A stretch of DNA of 64,000 nt from an uncultured Nitrospiraceae bacterium (GTDB taxonomy: Bacteria; Nitrospirota; Thermodesulfovibrionia; Thermodesulfovibrionales; Dissulfurispiraceae), in assembly GCA_963705105.1 (NCBI GenBank), contig CAVPIW010000019.1, positions 15,788 to 79,787 of the forward strand, read 5' to 3'. The notes beneath the pieces are model-generated. The model saw only the letters and a list, made by a program, of their open reading frames with translations. It was not told the DNA's origin and did not search any database. The translations under genes were made by a program, and so were the position numbers. Below, in pieces: positions 52,213-62,816 of this stretch (positions are counted from its first letter, which is position 1; each line of letters begins with the position of its first letter).

Positions 52213-54545
52213 TTGGGCAGGACATCTCAAATAGTCCAACTCGGCAAGCGGAAGATCGAGCTTTCGAATCTCGCGAAATCTCTTTTCCCCGGCGACCACA
52301 TCCTGAAAGCGCAGTTGATCGAGTATTATCTCAAGATCGCTCCCACCGTTCTGGCGCACCTCAAAGGACGCCCCCTTTCGTTCGTACGCTATCCTGACGG
52401 CATCGACGGCGAACGGTTCTTCCAGAAAAACAGACCCGAATGGGCGCCGGAGTGGATGGATCACATCGTGCTGGGGGAGAAGGAGGAAAAAGTCGATTAC
52501 ATGATGGCGACCGATGAGGCCTCACTTGCCTGGATCGCGAACCTCGCCTGTATCGAGATCCACCAGATGCACTGCCGCTCGCCGCACTTCAACAATCCCG
52601 ACTATTTCGTCTTCGACCTGGACCCGCCCGAGAACACAAAATTCGGAGACATAGCCGGCATCGCCCTCGAAATGAAAGAACACATTGAGGATTTCGGCTA
52701 CCGCCCCTTCGTCAAGACGTCAGGCAGAAAGGGCCTTCACATCGTCGTGCCTATCGAACCGAAGTGGACCTTCGGCGAGGTCTTCGGGGCTGTGCGCGAT
52801 GTGGCGGAACCTTTCGTCGCCTCTCACAGCCGGTTAACAACCCTTGATATCAGGAAGGATGCGCGCAAAGGCAGGGTGCTGGTGGACATCTATCGCAACC
52901 GGCCCCATCAGACCATTGTTTCAGCCTACAGCGTACGCGGACTCCCGGGGGCGCCCGTATCGATGCCCCTGCGGTGGGATCAACTGGTGAATGTCAGCAG
53001 TGCCGCTGAATTCACCCTGCGTAACGTTCCCGACCATCTGGTTCTTCACGGAGACGCATGGGAGGGAATCGCTGCATATGCCGCTCCCCTCCATATGGTG
53101 AAGAGAGGAGTGACGGCAAAGAGCAGGATCTCCGTGACATCCCCGTCGACCGGGACAATCCCGGTGCTGGACGAGTACGCCCGAAAACGGATCTTCAGGG
53201 AAACCCCCGAACCGCCGCCCGCAGCGGCGCCAGGCGCCGGCGACTCCTTCGTCCTGCACAGGCACCACGCAACGCGCCTTCATTACGATCTGCGCCTTGA
53301 ACGGGAGGGTGTGCTGAAGTCCTGGGCCGTCCCGAAGGGCCTCCCTCCCCGGCCTGGTATCATGCGGCTCGCCGTCGAGACTGAAGACCACCCCCTGGAA
53401 TACCGGGACTTCGAGGGAACGATACCGAAAGGGCAATACGGCGGCGGCGAGGTGTGGATCTTCGCCCGTGGCAGATACGAGATCACACAGGAAAAGAAGG
53501 ACGGCTTCCACTTCCGTCTTCACAGCGAAGAGATCAGCGCCGAGTTTTACATGCACCGGACCAGGGGAAAGGAATGGCTGCTCGGCCGCGTGGACAGGCC
53601 GCAGGTCGACTGGCTGCGCGACCCCGTCGAAGTGATGCTTGCGCAATCAGCGGATGAGCCGCCTGTATCGGAAGACTATCTCTACGAGGTGAAATGGGAC
53701 GGCGTCCGTGCTCTCATTGTGCTTGACGAAGGCGACGATGAGAATCCGCAGCCGCAATCAGCGCGACATAACCGACAGATTTCCTGAACTCTTTGCACCC
53801 GACCAGGCATTCAGAGCAAGTTCGGCGCTCTTCGACGCTGAGATCGTCTGTCTCGATGAGCAGGGAAGGCCCGTTTTCCGGGACGTCATTCGCAGGATCC
53901 AGCAGAGCGGCAAGGGTGCAGATCGAACGTGCCCGCTCCAGGCACCCCGCAGTCTGCTACATCTTCGATTGCCTCTACCTCGACGGCCGCCCGATCGTGC
54001 ATGAACCGCTGTTTCGCCGCCGCGCATGGATGGAGGATGCTGTGAAGCCCGGCACGGCATACCGGGTGAGCGAGGCCGTCGTCGATGGTGCCGAGTTGTT
54101 CAGGGCTGCAGCGGACATGGGACTCGAGGGCATCATGGCGAAGGAGAGAAACAGCACCTATCAGCCCGGCATCCGAAGCGCACGGTGGCTGAAGATAAAG
54201 AAACGGCAGACGATGGAATGCCTGATCATAGGCTATACGGAGGGAAAGGGTGACCGCGCGGCCCAGTTCGGCGCTCTCCATCTCGCACTGCGCGAAGGTG
54301 ACGGCTTCCGGTATGTCGGGAAGGTGGGAACGGGATTTGACTTGGCTTCAATGAAGGAGATTTCCGCAGAGCTAACGAAAATCAAACGCACAGGCAGACC
54401 GGTCAAAGAGAAACCCGCCGGCGATGCGCAGACCGTGTGGATCGAACCCAGGATGGTATGCGAGGTGCAGTACGCTTCACTGACGAAAGACGGCATGCTG
54501 CGCGAGCCCGTCTTTCTGAGACTCCGCCCTGATCTGACGCCATGA
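52213..54545 (+). pseudogene. ligD: NHEJ DNA ligase D (polymerase-phosphoesterase-ligase order) with two frameshifts
   Basis: POL: RYPDGI, FFQKN, FDLDP, KTSG.KGLH. PE: HHATRLHYDLRLE, SWAVPKG, EDHP. LIG: YEVKWDG, FDAEIV, IFDCLY, EGIMAK, WLKIK. Frame changes near 53734 and 53915. Confidence 0.85.
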
Positions 54546-54605
54546 AACGGCTTCAACTTGCAAAGGGAATCGGACGGGGCTATAATCGAATTATCCTGTT
54601 CTTAC

Positions 54606-54637
54606 TTTGCGCGCTTTGCGGCTTTGCGTGAGACAGA
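54606..54637 (+). repeat. Family C short repeat
   Basis: TTTGCGCGCTTTGCGGCTTTGCGTGAGACAG. Confidence 0.7.
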
Positions 54638-54661
54638 ATGACAAACCCGGTGAGGTGAGAT

Positions 54662-55519
54662 ATGAGAGCAATCTGGAAGGGCCACATTCGCTTCTCCCTC
54701 GTGACGATACCCGTCCTCGTGTACAATGCGGTGGACACGAAGCAGGCGATCAGCTTTCATCTGCTGCACAGGAAAGACAACGGCCCAATCGGGTACGACA
54801 AGCGCTGCAAAAAGTGCGACACCGTTGTGCCCTCCGACGAGATCGTCAAGGGGTACCAGTATGAGCCTGATCAGTACGTCATTGTCGAAAAGGAGGATCT
54901 CGACAGGATAAACCTCAGGAGCACGAAGATCATCGAAATCGAAGGATTCATCGATGCAGGGGAAGTTCCCGCAGCATTGTATGAAGCGCCCTACTATGCG
55001 GGACCTGACGGACCGGTCGCAGTGAAGGCATACACCCTTTTGGCCGCCGCGCTCAGGGAGACGGGCCGGACCGGAATCGGCAAAGTCGTGTTGCGTGACC
55101 GCGAAGACGTCGTCATGATCGCACCCCATGAGAATGCGATAGCGCTCTACAGGCTCCGGTCGCCCGGGGAGATCAGAAAGGTCAGTGAAATCCCTCAGCT
55201 CGACGGCGGGTCTGTGGACCAGGAGGAACTCAAGCTGGCCCGCAGTCTCGTCGAGTCCATGAGCACAACGCTGGATAAGATCGATCTGACAGACAAGTAT
55301 CACGACGCGCTCCGGGCGATCATCGAGGCGAAGGTTGCGGGCAGGGAGATCGTCACCGTCGAAGAGGCGGAGAAACCCGTCGTCGACATCATGACGGCCC
55401 TGAAGCAGAGCATCGAGCGGGCGAAGGCGATGAAGAAGCCGATGGAAAAAGCGGTGGGGAAGCGAAAAGCCGTCGGCGTCCCGAAAGAGGGCAAGGGAAA
55501 ATCAAGGGCGGCGATGTAG
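54662..55519 (+). CDS. ku: NHEJ protein Ku
   Basis: MRAIWKGHIRFSLVTIPV, EIVKGYQY, VVDIMTALKQS; basic tail. Confidence 0.95.
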   Translation: MRAIWKGHIRFSLVTIPVLVYNAVDTKQAISFHLLHRKDNGPIGYDKRCKKCDTVVPSDEIVKGYQYEPDQYVIVEKEDLDRINLRSTKIIEIEGFIDAGEVPAALYEAPYYAGPDGPVAVKAYTLLAAALRETGRTGIGKVVLRDREDVVMIAPHENAIALYRLRSPGEIRKVSEIPQLDGGSVDQEELKLARSLVESMSTTLDKIDLTDKYHDALRAIIEAKVAGREIVTVEEAEKPVVDIMTALKQSIERAKAMKKPMEKAVGKRKAVGVPKEGKGKSRAAM

Positions 55520-55555
55520 CCTTTCTGACAGGGACGGCGGGGTCAAAGAGAGACG

Positions 55556-56179
55556 ATGGGGAAGATCATTCCGTTCTCGGCGAAGCAGCCGGCAAAGTTC
55601 GATTTAGAGCGGGCCCGGAAACGCAGGAAAGTTCACCCCGGTCAGCTGGATCTATTCTGCGCGAAATTGGCGGAGATCCGTTCTTTGCCCACGAACTTGA
55701 CCGTGAGCCCCTTCGAGGAAGCGCTGCTCCTGGACGAGTGCGATGACAGCCGGGCTGAGCAAACATACCTGAGGGCGATCGCAGAAGGCGACCTCGTAGC
55801 CGACGCCTACTGCAACCTCGGCATTATCGAATCAAAAGCGGGACGGGTCGCCAAGGCCTTCGACTGTTTCACGAAAGCACTGGAGCACGATCCGAGGCAT
55901 TTCGAATCGCACTACAATCTCGGGAACCTCTATTTCGAGAGAGACAACCTGCGCCTTGCGAGGATGCATTATGAACTCGCCGCAGAAATCGACCCCGGAT
56001 TCCCGAATCTGCATTTCAACCTCGGCCTCGTCCTCGCCCTTCTCAAGGAGAGGCAGGCCGCCATCGACGCCTTCGCCACATATCAGCGGCTGTCCCCGCC
56101 GGAAGAGCGGGGGAAGGCAGACGATCTGCTAAAAGGCCTCAGGAACTCATCAACCCCGGCCGGCCGGAACCAGAGCTAA
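55556..56179 (+). CDS. Tetratricopeptide repeat protein
   Basis: AYCNLG, SHYNLG and LHFNLG repeats; N-terminal GQLDLF. Confidence 0.85.
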   Translation: MGKIIPFSAKQPAKFDLERARKRRKVHPGQLDLFCAKLAEIRSLPTNLTVSPFEEALLLDECDDSRAEQTYLRAIAEGDLVADAYCNLGIIESKAGRVAKAFDCFTKALEHDPRHFESHYNLGNLYFERDNLRLARMHYELAAEIDPGFPNLHFNLGLVLALLKERQAAIDAFATYQRLSPPEERGKADDLLKGLRNSSTPAGRNQS

Positions 56180-56370
56180 GTCCCCCTGCTTTTATCGGGG
56201 CAGGGTGCCATCGGCCGATAGAGAAACGGCCAATCAAGCAATCACGCGGAAAATCCATCAGCAGATTTGTAATTTCACGCACCTTGGCATGCCAGTGAAT
56301 CGCTTCACGGCCCGGGGGAAAAGCCACCACGACGGCTAATCAGTTGATAATTCAGCATATTTCGATGACC

Positions 56371-56406
56371 TGGCATAAGACCTGCAGAGGCGGTACGATC
56401 CTTGCA
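56371..56406 (+). promoter_or_regulatory. Two tandem sigma54-like -24/-12 motifs
   Basis: TGGCATAAGACCTGCA and CGGTACGATCCTTGCA, both GG-N10-GC. Confidence 0.45.
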
Positions 56407-56506
56407 TATTTATTTCGGGAAATTGTGGATCTTTACGGATGACAGATGATACCGGACAAAACGATGTGTTGTGATCCACCTTTCTCTGTCGTCACAGGAG
56501 TCGCCC

Positions 56507-57895
56507 ATGTTTGAAAATAAGGGTCTGTTTCATTCTTTAGTTCAACACTGCTCGGACATCATTACAATTCTTAAGACCGACGGCACCATCATCTTTCAGA
56601 GCACCTCCATCCGGCGTCTGCTTGGGTATGAACCTGATGAGCTGATCGGGAAGAATGCCTTTCAGATGGTCAATCCGGACGATTTGCCGAGAGTCATGGA
56701 TGCTTTCACGCAGGTAGTGCAAACCCCTCTTGCTCATTTATCCGTAGAGTACAAGTTCAAACACAAAGACGGTTCATGGCGTATGCTCGAGTCCACCGGC
56801 AGCAATCAACTGAACAACGCGTCGATTGCGGGGATAGTGGTCAATTCGCGGGACATAACCAAACGCAGCGAAGTTGAGGAGTTATTACAACGAGCTGTCA
56901 AGCGGGCCGAAGACGAAAAGGCGAAGTCAGAGGCGATCATAGCTGCCATTGGAGACGGAATCAGCATCCAGGACAGATCTTTCAAGGTGCTGTATCAAAA
57001 CCGGATTCACAAGCAAATCGTGGAAGGGGACAAGTCGGGTGAGCATTGCTACGCAGCGTATGCGAATAATGACCGGGTTTGCGAGGAATGCCCTTTAGCC
57101 CTCTCATTCGAAGACGGGGAGATACACACACTGGAAAAAAGAGCACATCGTGAAGAAGGAATATTGTACATTGAAATCAAGGCCTCACCCATAAGGGATG
57201 GGGATGGCAACATCATTGGCGGCATCGAAGTCGTACGAGACATAACGGAACGAAAGGTCGTTCAAGAAAGGTTGCAGGAAAGTGAGGAACGCTTTCGGAG
57301 AATTTTCGACGACGGTCCCCTCGGTATTATTATCTCTGATCCAAACTGCAGGGTTCTCAAAGTCAACAGAGCGTTCTGCGAGATGCTGGGATGTTCGGAA
57401 GAGGAGGTTGTCGGTCGCAGCATTGGAGAACTTGCCCACCCAGAGGACAGGGAGAACAGTGACACCCTATCAGCACTGGCTCTCAAGGGAGAAATTCCCC
57501 TTTTTCGCATGGAAAATCGATACGTGAGAAAGAACGGAGAGAGTTTCTGGGTCAATCTTACAGCGACGGTGATTAAGAACCGCCGTGGAAAGGTGATTTA
57601 TGTCATAGGCATGATTGAAGATATCACGAGTCGCAAGGCTGCTGAACAGGAGAGAGAACAGCTCATCTCCCGGCTTAAGGAGGCCCTTGCAAACATTCGG
57701 ACCTTGAAAGGGTTGCTTCCCATGTGTGCATGGTGCAAGAACATACGGGATGACGAAGGCTATTGGAGAAGAGTAGAAGACTACATTAAAAAACGCACAG
57801 ACGCCTCCTTTACCCATGGCATATGCCCGCAATGTTTGAAGAAGCTTGACCCTGAAACATATCAGCTTCTATTAGGGAAAGTCGAAAGCCCGTAA
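56507..57895 (+). CDS. Multi-PAS sensor protein with C-terminal CxxC...HxxCxxC domain
   Basis: Three PAS/PAC domains; LKGLLPMCAWCKNIRDDEGYW...FTHGICPQC; no kinase boxes. Confidence 0.85.
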   Translation: MFENKGLFHSLVQHCSDIITILKTDGTIIFQSTSIRRLLGYEPDELIGKNAFQMVNPDDLPRVMDAFTQVVQTPLAHLSVEYKFKHKDGSWRMLESTGSNQLNNASIAGIVVNSRDITKRSEVEELLQRAVKRAEDEKAKSEAIIAAIGDGISIQDRSFKVLYQNRIHKQIVEGDKSGEHCYAAYANNDRVCEECPLALSFEDGEIHTLEKRAHREEGILYIEIKASPIRDGDGNIIGGIEVVRDITERKVVQERLQESEERFRRIFDDGPLGIIISDPNCRVLKVNRAFCEMLGCSEEEVVGRSIGELAHPEDRENSDTLSALALKGEIPLFRMENRYVRKNGESFWVNLTATVIKNRRGKVIYVIGMIEDITSRKAAEQEREQLISRLKEALANIRTLKGLLPMCAWCKNIRDDEGYWRRVEDYIKKRTDASFTHGICPQCLKKLDPETYQLLLGKVESP

Positions 57896-58455
57896 CGCAT
57901 GAACGAGTGCAGAGAGAGCGCGAGACCCCGGCTGCTGCATACGTGATGCATGACTAAGTGGCTTGCCCCCGGCGTCTTTGCGATCCCCGGGTGTATGGTG
58001 TTATTAGAAATTCCTCGGAGTGCCTGATAAAGGCGAGTTTGTCGTGAGTCGAAAAAGTCAGAGACGCGGAGCCGTCAGGTAACGAGTAAACTGCAAGCCT
58101 GTGAGGAGTATGCCGTTATCCGTAAACCGCAAAGGAGGTGTCGGGGTTTCACGCCCAGCTATATAAGGACACAGTGTTCGATCGAAGCGGAAAAGAGAGC
58201 TGACAAGGATGAGTACGTCTATGAGATCATCTATCGGCATTGTCTGAGATCACACGGGATTGAGCATATTGAGAAGACAGAGCAGCACTTCTTTCGCGGT
58301 GCTGCGCGGGAGTGTCGCCTGTCCACCGCGCGTTACCGGAAGAAATGTTGCGAATCTTCTCCGCGAGAGGTGCAGTTAAAGCTCCTCATTCTAAACTGAT
58401 CTGAATCTGTTCCGAAAGCGAAAACGACGTGCTGTCAACTGCCCGCATATGAAGG

Positions 58456-59055
58456 TCAGCGAGAAATTTCCACGTCAGGGGCGTCCTGCCCCTGAGGTCT
58501 TAGTTTGCCCCGCTCAAAGATATACTTCTCATTGTCAATCTCTACCTCGATAAGGCCCGTGCCGGTTCTCTGCTGCTCAACTGCGGGTTGTTCAACGCGA
58601 TCAAAATAGAAACTGCCCTTCGGAATCAGCCTTATGACGTTGTAATCCTCATCGATATAATAGCTGTAACCGGCGAAGAAGGAAGCGCCCAAAAGGTTTG
58701 CCGCGGATGAAGGAATATAGACGATGTCATAATTATTCTGTTGGATGTTTCCGACCCGGATGGAATTGATCTTCACAATATAGCTTTCGATCACACCGCC
58801 TGCAGTGTGAGACTGAACCTTCCGGGTATCGTCAAATTCCTTAACACCGACACGCAACAATCCGTCACTGTTAAGAACGATCTTATTAGATCCCGTATCA
58901 AAGACAAGCTCCATAGGCACGTCATTTATATGCACAGTGACATACTTGAGACCGTTCCGTACCGTAAACGGAACGGCTTCATCAGCCACGACCCTGCCAC
59001 CATAAATCAAAGACAAAACGAAAATAACAGACAAAATCATCACATGACGGTGCAT
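58456..59055 (-). CDS. Retropepsin-like (clan AA) aspartic protease, exported
   Basis: LVFDTGS catalytic motif; TAGG; LLGASF; signal peptide. Confidence 0.8.
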   Translation of the reverse strand: MHRHVMILSVIFVLSLIYGGRVVADEAVPFTVRNGLKYVTVHINDVPMELVFDTGSNKIVLNSDGLLRVGVKEFDDTRKVQSHTAGGVIESYIVKINSIRVGNIQQNNYDIVYIPSSAANLLGASFFAGYSYYIDEDYNVIRLIPKGSFYFDRVEQPAVEQQRTGTGLIEVEIDNEKYIFERGKLRPQGQDAPDVEISR

Positions 59056-59212
59056 ATCTCATCCTCGCAGTGATTGATAGCAATCGATTAATTCTACCAC
59101 ATAATTGTTGAGCGGTATTGCTCTGCGATCATGCACCGTGAGTCATTGACATTTAGGCCGCATAGATTTCATAATTCGATCCAATTCGTTTTCCTTTTCG
59201 GATGATACAGCG

Positions 59213-59506
59213 ATGAGTCGACCTTCATATAGTTTCCCCAATAATCGGACATGTGTATCCGTCTTTGTCGTGTCTCTTTTTCTTCTGTCCGTATTGGCGA
59301 TAGCATTTCATTACCACGCCGATGACGCTTCTCATGATGACTGCCCTCTCTGCATATCAGCCCATTATTCCTGCAATGTGCAGCAGAACGGCCATTGTGG
59401 ACATGCGCCACTGACAGCTCCGATAAAGGTAGTCATAAACCGAAAGCCTTTACCCTGCAACTCTTCGCATTTCAGTCTTATTCCCTTCCGCGCTCCCCCG
59501 GCATAG
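59213..59506 (+). CDS. DUF2946-like leader peptide (TM helix, His/CxxC, C-terminal RAPP)
   Basis: FHYHADDASHDDCPLC...FRAPPA-stop. Confidence 0.7.
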   Translation: MSRPSYSFPNNRTCVSVFVVSLFLLSVLAIAFHYHADDASHDDCPLCISAHYSCNVQQNGHCGHAPLTAPIKVVINRKPLPCNSSHFSLIPFRAPPA

Positions 59507-59588
59507 CTCCTTTTCAAGCATCTCAGAACATCGGGACAGGTCCGTCCGTGTCCCGCCGTGCATCAATCCCATTGAAAAGGAGAAGCCG

Positions 59589-61007
59589 ATGCTACAGAAG
59601 ACAGCATTGTCCTTTACGATACTCTGTCTATATCTTGTCGCTCCATCCCATGGCTCCGACATCGAATCACGACTGAAGGCCCTGGAAGAGACAATCAAGA
59701 ACCAGCAGAAGATGATAGAAGACCAGCAGCGGACGATCGATACCCTGAAGGAAGAGAGAGGCCTCAAGGCTGCGGCAGTTCAGAATGAAGGGGCGCCCGC
59801 AGAAGCTGCCGCTGAACAGGCTGCTCCCGGCCGCGACTATCGTGGCGACGACCGTACTCGCCACCTTTCGATGCAGTCGGCGACCCCCATATCCCCCTAC
59901 CAAGTGCGGCAAGGGTCGCCAAGCCTTATGAACCCATCTATAAGCCTCATCCTCGATACCCTCTATTACTATTCGAACCGCTCGCAGACAGAACTCGATT
60001 CTCGGACCATTCCCGGCTTCGTCGGCATACCCGACGAGAGCGCTTTCACAAAGGGCTTCAATCTGCGGAGCGCCGAGCTGTCGTTCTTCGCGCCTGTCGA
60101 TCCCTACTTCAGTCTCTATGCGACGATCCCTTTCGAAGAGGACGACGTGGGGCTTGAAGAAGCCTACTTCGTCACAACCTATCTGCCTTATGCGCTCCAG
60201 ATCAAGGGCGGCAAATTCAAAAGCGGTTTCGGCAGGATCAACTCCCAGCATCCCCATGCCTGGGACTTCGTGGACATTCCCCTTGTCTACAAGGCATTCC
60301 TCGGCGGCGAGGGGCTCATCGAAAAAGGCGCCCAGGTGACATGGCTCCCCGACCTTCCCTTCTACATGCTCATCGGCGGGGAGGTCCTTCAGGGAGAAAA
60401 CGAGATACTCTTCGGTCCTGACGCCCAGCCCGGTCCCCACGCCTTCACAGCCTTTGCAAAAGCATCTCTCGATCTGAGCAATGACTCAACCATCCTTTTC
60501 GGTCCTTTTGTTGTCACGGGAAAGACAAAGACCGGCTCCATCGCCGAAGAAACAGAGTTCAGGGGAACATCAACGCTCTATGGTCTTGAGTTCACCTATA
60601 AGAGACGGCCTTCGAAAAACCAGAGCTTTGTCCTGCAGTCCGAATACTTCTACAGAAGACAAACCGGCGATCTGAAAGATGCGGCAACGTCAACAGAAGA
60701 TTCGCTCAAAAGGGTCCAGGACGGTCTCTATGTTCAGGCCGCATACCAACATGACCGCTGGAGACTGGGTGGACGGTATGACGTCCTTGAGCTCATCAAG
60801 AATGACTACATGCTGTCGGGTTCGCAGCAGGGCTTCGGCAAGAAACCCTGGAGGGCCTCGGGCATGCTCGAATACAATCCTGCCGAGTTCTCCCGGATAC
60901 GGCTTCAATACAACTACGACAGATCGGACAGGACAGGCACGACGAACAACGAGGTGATGCTGCAGGTCATCCTCGGCATAGGCGCTCATGGCGCCCATGC
61001 CTTCTGA
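59589..61007 (+). CDS. Outer-membrane beta-barrel metal receptor/porin
   Basis: Signal peptide and coiled coil; NPSISLILD, VDPYF, LEEAY, N..HPHAWDF, EFSRIRLQY; C-terminal IGAHGAHAF. Confidence 0.8.
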   Translation: MLQKTALSFTILCLYLVAPSHGSDIESRLKALEETIKNQQKMIEDQQRTIDTLKEERGLKAAAVQNEGAPAEAAAEQAAPGRDYRGDDRTRHLSMQSATPISPYQVRQGSPSLMNPSISLILDTLYYYSNRSQTELDSRTIPGFVGIPDESAFTKGFNLRSAELSFFAPVDPYFSLYATIPFEEDDVGLEEAYFVTTYLPYALQIKGGKFKSGFGRINSQHPHAWDFVDIPLVYKAFLGGEGLIEKGAQVTWLPDLPFYMLIGGEVLQGENEILFGPDAQPGPHAFTAFAKASLDLSNDSTILFGPFVVTGKTKTGSIAEETEFRGTSTLYGLEFTYKRRPSKNQSFVLQSEYFYRRQTGDLKDAATSTEDSLKRVQDGLYVQAAYQHDRWRLGGRYDVLELIKNDYMLSGSQQGFGKKPWRASGMLEYNPAEFSRIRLQYNYDRSDRTGTTNNEVMLQVILGIGAHGAHAF

Positions 61008-61018
61008 GGGGGGGAGCC

Positions 61019-62053
61019 ATGAAAGTGCTTCTCCATGCAACAATCATTGTGACAGTGATCTTATGCGCTGTTTCGGCCCATGCAGACGAACGGCCTCTCT
61101 CCGTTGCCGCAACAGTGCCCGACCTCGGCTCTCTGATAAAAGAGATCGGCGGCGACCAGGTCTCGGTCTTCGTCTTCGCCAAGGGACCTGAGCATCCCCA
61201 CTTTGTCGAGGTGAAACCCAACTTCATCAGGGTCGCGAGCAAAGCCGACCTGTACGTCGAAGTCGGCATGGAATCGGAAATAGGCTGGTCGCCTGCTATT
61301 CTCCAGAATGCCCGTAATGCGAAAGTGCTGCCGGGCAATGCAGGGCACCTCGACGTCTCGATAGCCATCAGGGCAATGGACGTTCCCCGGGGTCCTGTTG
61401 ACCGCTCAATGGGCGATGTCCATCCCTTCGGCAATCCCCACTACCTGCTCGATCCCCTGAACGGACTCAACGTCGCTGCACTCATCAGGGACAAGCTGAC
61501 AGAACTGAGGCCCGCGAAAAGGGATTACTTCAGGTCCCGCTACGAGGCCTTTGCGACGAAGGTTGCCAGAGCGCTGGTGGGAAACGAGCTCGCGAAGCGA
61601 TACGATGAGGCCGACGTGAGGAAGCTCGCAGCCTTCTTCGGGCAGGGAAGACTGTCAGACCACCTGAAGGACCGAAAAGAGCTCTCTCTGCTCGGCGGAT
61701 GGCTCGGTGCCATGCTGCCCCATTACGGGCTTAAGGTGGTTGACGACCACAATATGTTCCCCTATTTCGCAGCACGCTTCGGACTCCGGATCATCGGCCA
61801 CATGGAGCCGAAACCCGGCATACCACCCACGACGAAACACCTGACGGAGTTAGTCGGGAAGATGAAGAGCGAAGGAGTAAAGGTGATTGTCGCATCACCA
61901 TTCGTCGACGAGAGGCACCAGAGGTTCCTGGCAGAAAAGACCGGGGCCAGGGTGGCGGCAATTGCCCACCAGAACGGGGCGAGGCCGGGCACGGATGACT
62001 ACATTGCCATGATCGACTACAACATTCGCCACATCCTGGCGGCTGCCAGGTGA
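61019..62053 (+). CDS. Zn/Mn ABC transporter substrate-binding protein (ZnuA/AdcA family)
   Basis: HPHFVEVKP, DRSMGDVHPFGNPHYLLDP, EPKPGIPPT. Confidence 0.9.
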   Translation: MKVLLHATIIVTVILCAVSAHADERPLSVAATVPDLGSLIKEIGGDQVSVFVFAKGPEHPHFVEVKPNFIRVASKADLYVEVGMESEIGWSPAILQNARNAKVLPGNAGHLDVSIAIRAMDVPRGPVDRSMGDVHPFGNPHYLLDPLNGLNVAALIRDKLTELRPAKRDYFRSRYEAFATKVARALVGNELAKRYDEADVRKLAAFFGQGRLSDHLKDRKELSLLGGWLGAMLPHYGLKVVDDHNMFPYFAARFGLRIIGHMEPKPGIPPTTKHLTELVGKMKSEGVKVIVASPFVDERHQRFLAEKTGARVAAIAHQNGARPGTDDYIAMIDYNIRHILAAAR

Positions 62054-62057
62054 CCTC

Positions 62058-62816
62058 ATGATGGCTTCTGACGATCTCACGCTGATCGACGTCGACGGCG
62101 TCAGTCTTGGCTACGGAGACCATGAGGTCCTTCGGGACCTCAGGCTCCAGGTACGGTCCGGGGAGTTCTGGCTCCTCATGGGACCGAACGGCAACGGCAA
62201 GACGACCTTTATCAGGGCCCTGCTGGGGCTCCATAAGCCCCGGCAGGGGGCTGTCAGACTTCACCCGCTGAAGGCGAACCGCGAGGCAATCGGGTTTGTA
62301 CCTCAAAGCTGCGACTTCAACCCCACGCTGCCCACAACAGTTGCTGAATTCGTTCTGCTGGGGCTCGTCGGTATCAACGTGCATTCACATGAGCGGCACG
62401 AGCGGCTCCAATGGGCCTTTTCCTGCATGGCAATGGAAGCCATGGAGCACCACGATTACTGGACCCTTTCGGGCGGCTATCGGCAGCGGGCACTTCTTGC
62501 CCGCGCGCTCGTACGCCGCCCGTCACTGCTTCTGCTTGATGAGCCGACGAACGGGCTCGACATGCCGGCTGCAGAGGCCTTTCTCGGCGCCCTTGCACAC
62601 CTCCACCGCACAGAGGGTTTGACTGTATTGCTGGTGACTCATGACCTGTCCATAGCCTTCAGATATGGCACCAAAGGCGTCCTGTTTTTCGGGGGAACTG
62701 CCATCGCCGGCCCCCTTGAGCGCATGCTCGACCCTGCCGTGCTCGAAAAGGCATACGGCTCTCTGCCGGTGCCATTGGATCACATCTGTCGCACGGGGAA
62801 AACAAAGAAATCATGA
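62058..62816 (+). CDS. Metal ABC transporter ATP-binding protein
   Basis: GPNGNGKTT, LSGG, LLLDEPT, VTHD. Confidence 0.9.
   Translation: MMASDDLTLIDVDGVSLGYGDHEVLRDLRLQVRSGEFWLLMGPNGNGKTTFIRALLGLHKPRQGAVRLHPLKANREAIGFVPQSCDFNPTLPTTVAEFVLLGLVGINVHSHERHERLQWAFSCMAMEAMEHHDYWTLSGGYRQRALLARALVRRPSLLLLDEPTNGLDMPAAEAFLGALAHLHRTEGLTVLLVTHDLSIAFRYGTKGVLFFGGTAIAGPLERMLDPAVLEKAYGSLPVPLDHICRTGKTKKS

Noticed and set aside
57900..58450. Short ORFs between the PAS gene and the protease
   Set aside because: No RBS or motif support.
59070..59200. Zur/Fur box upstream of the metal uptake operon
   Set aside because: AT-rich, but no convincing palindrome was identified.
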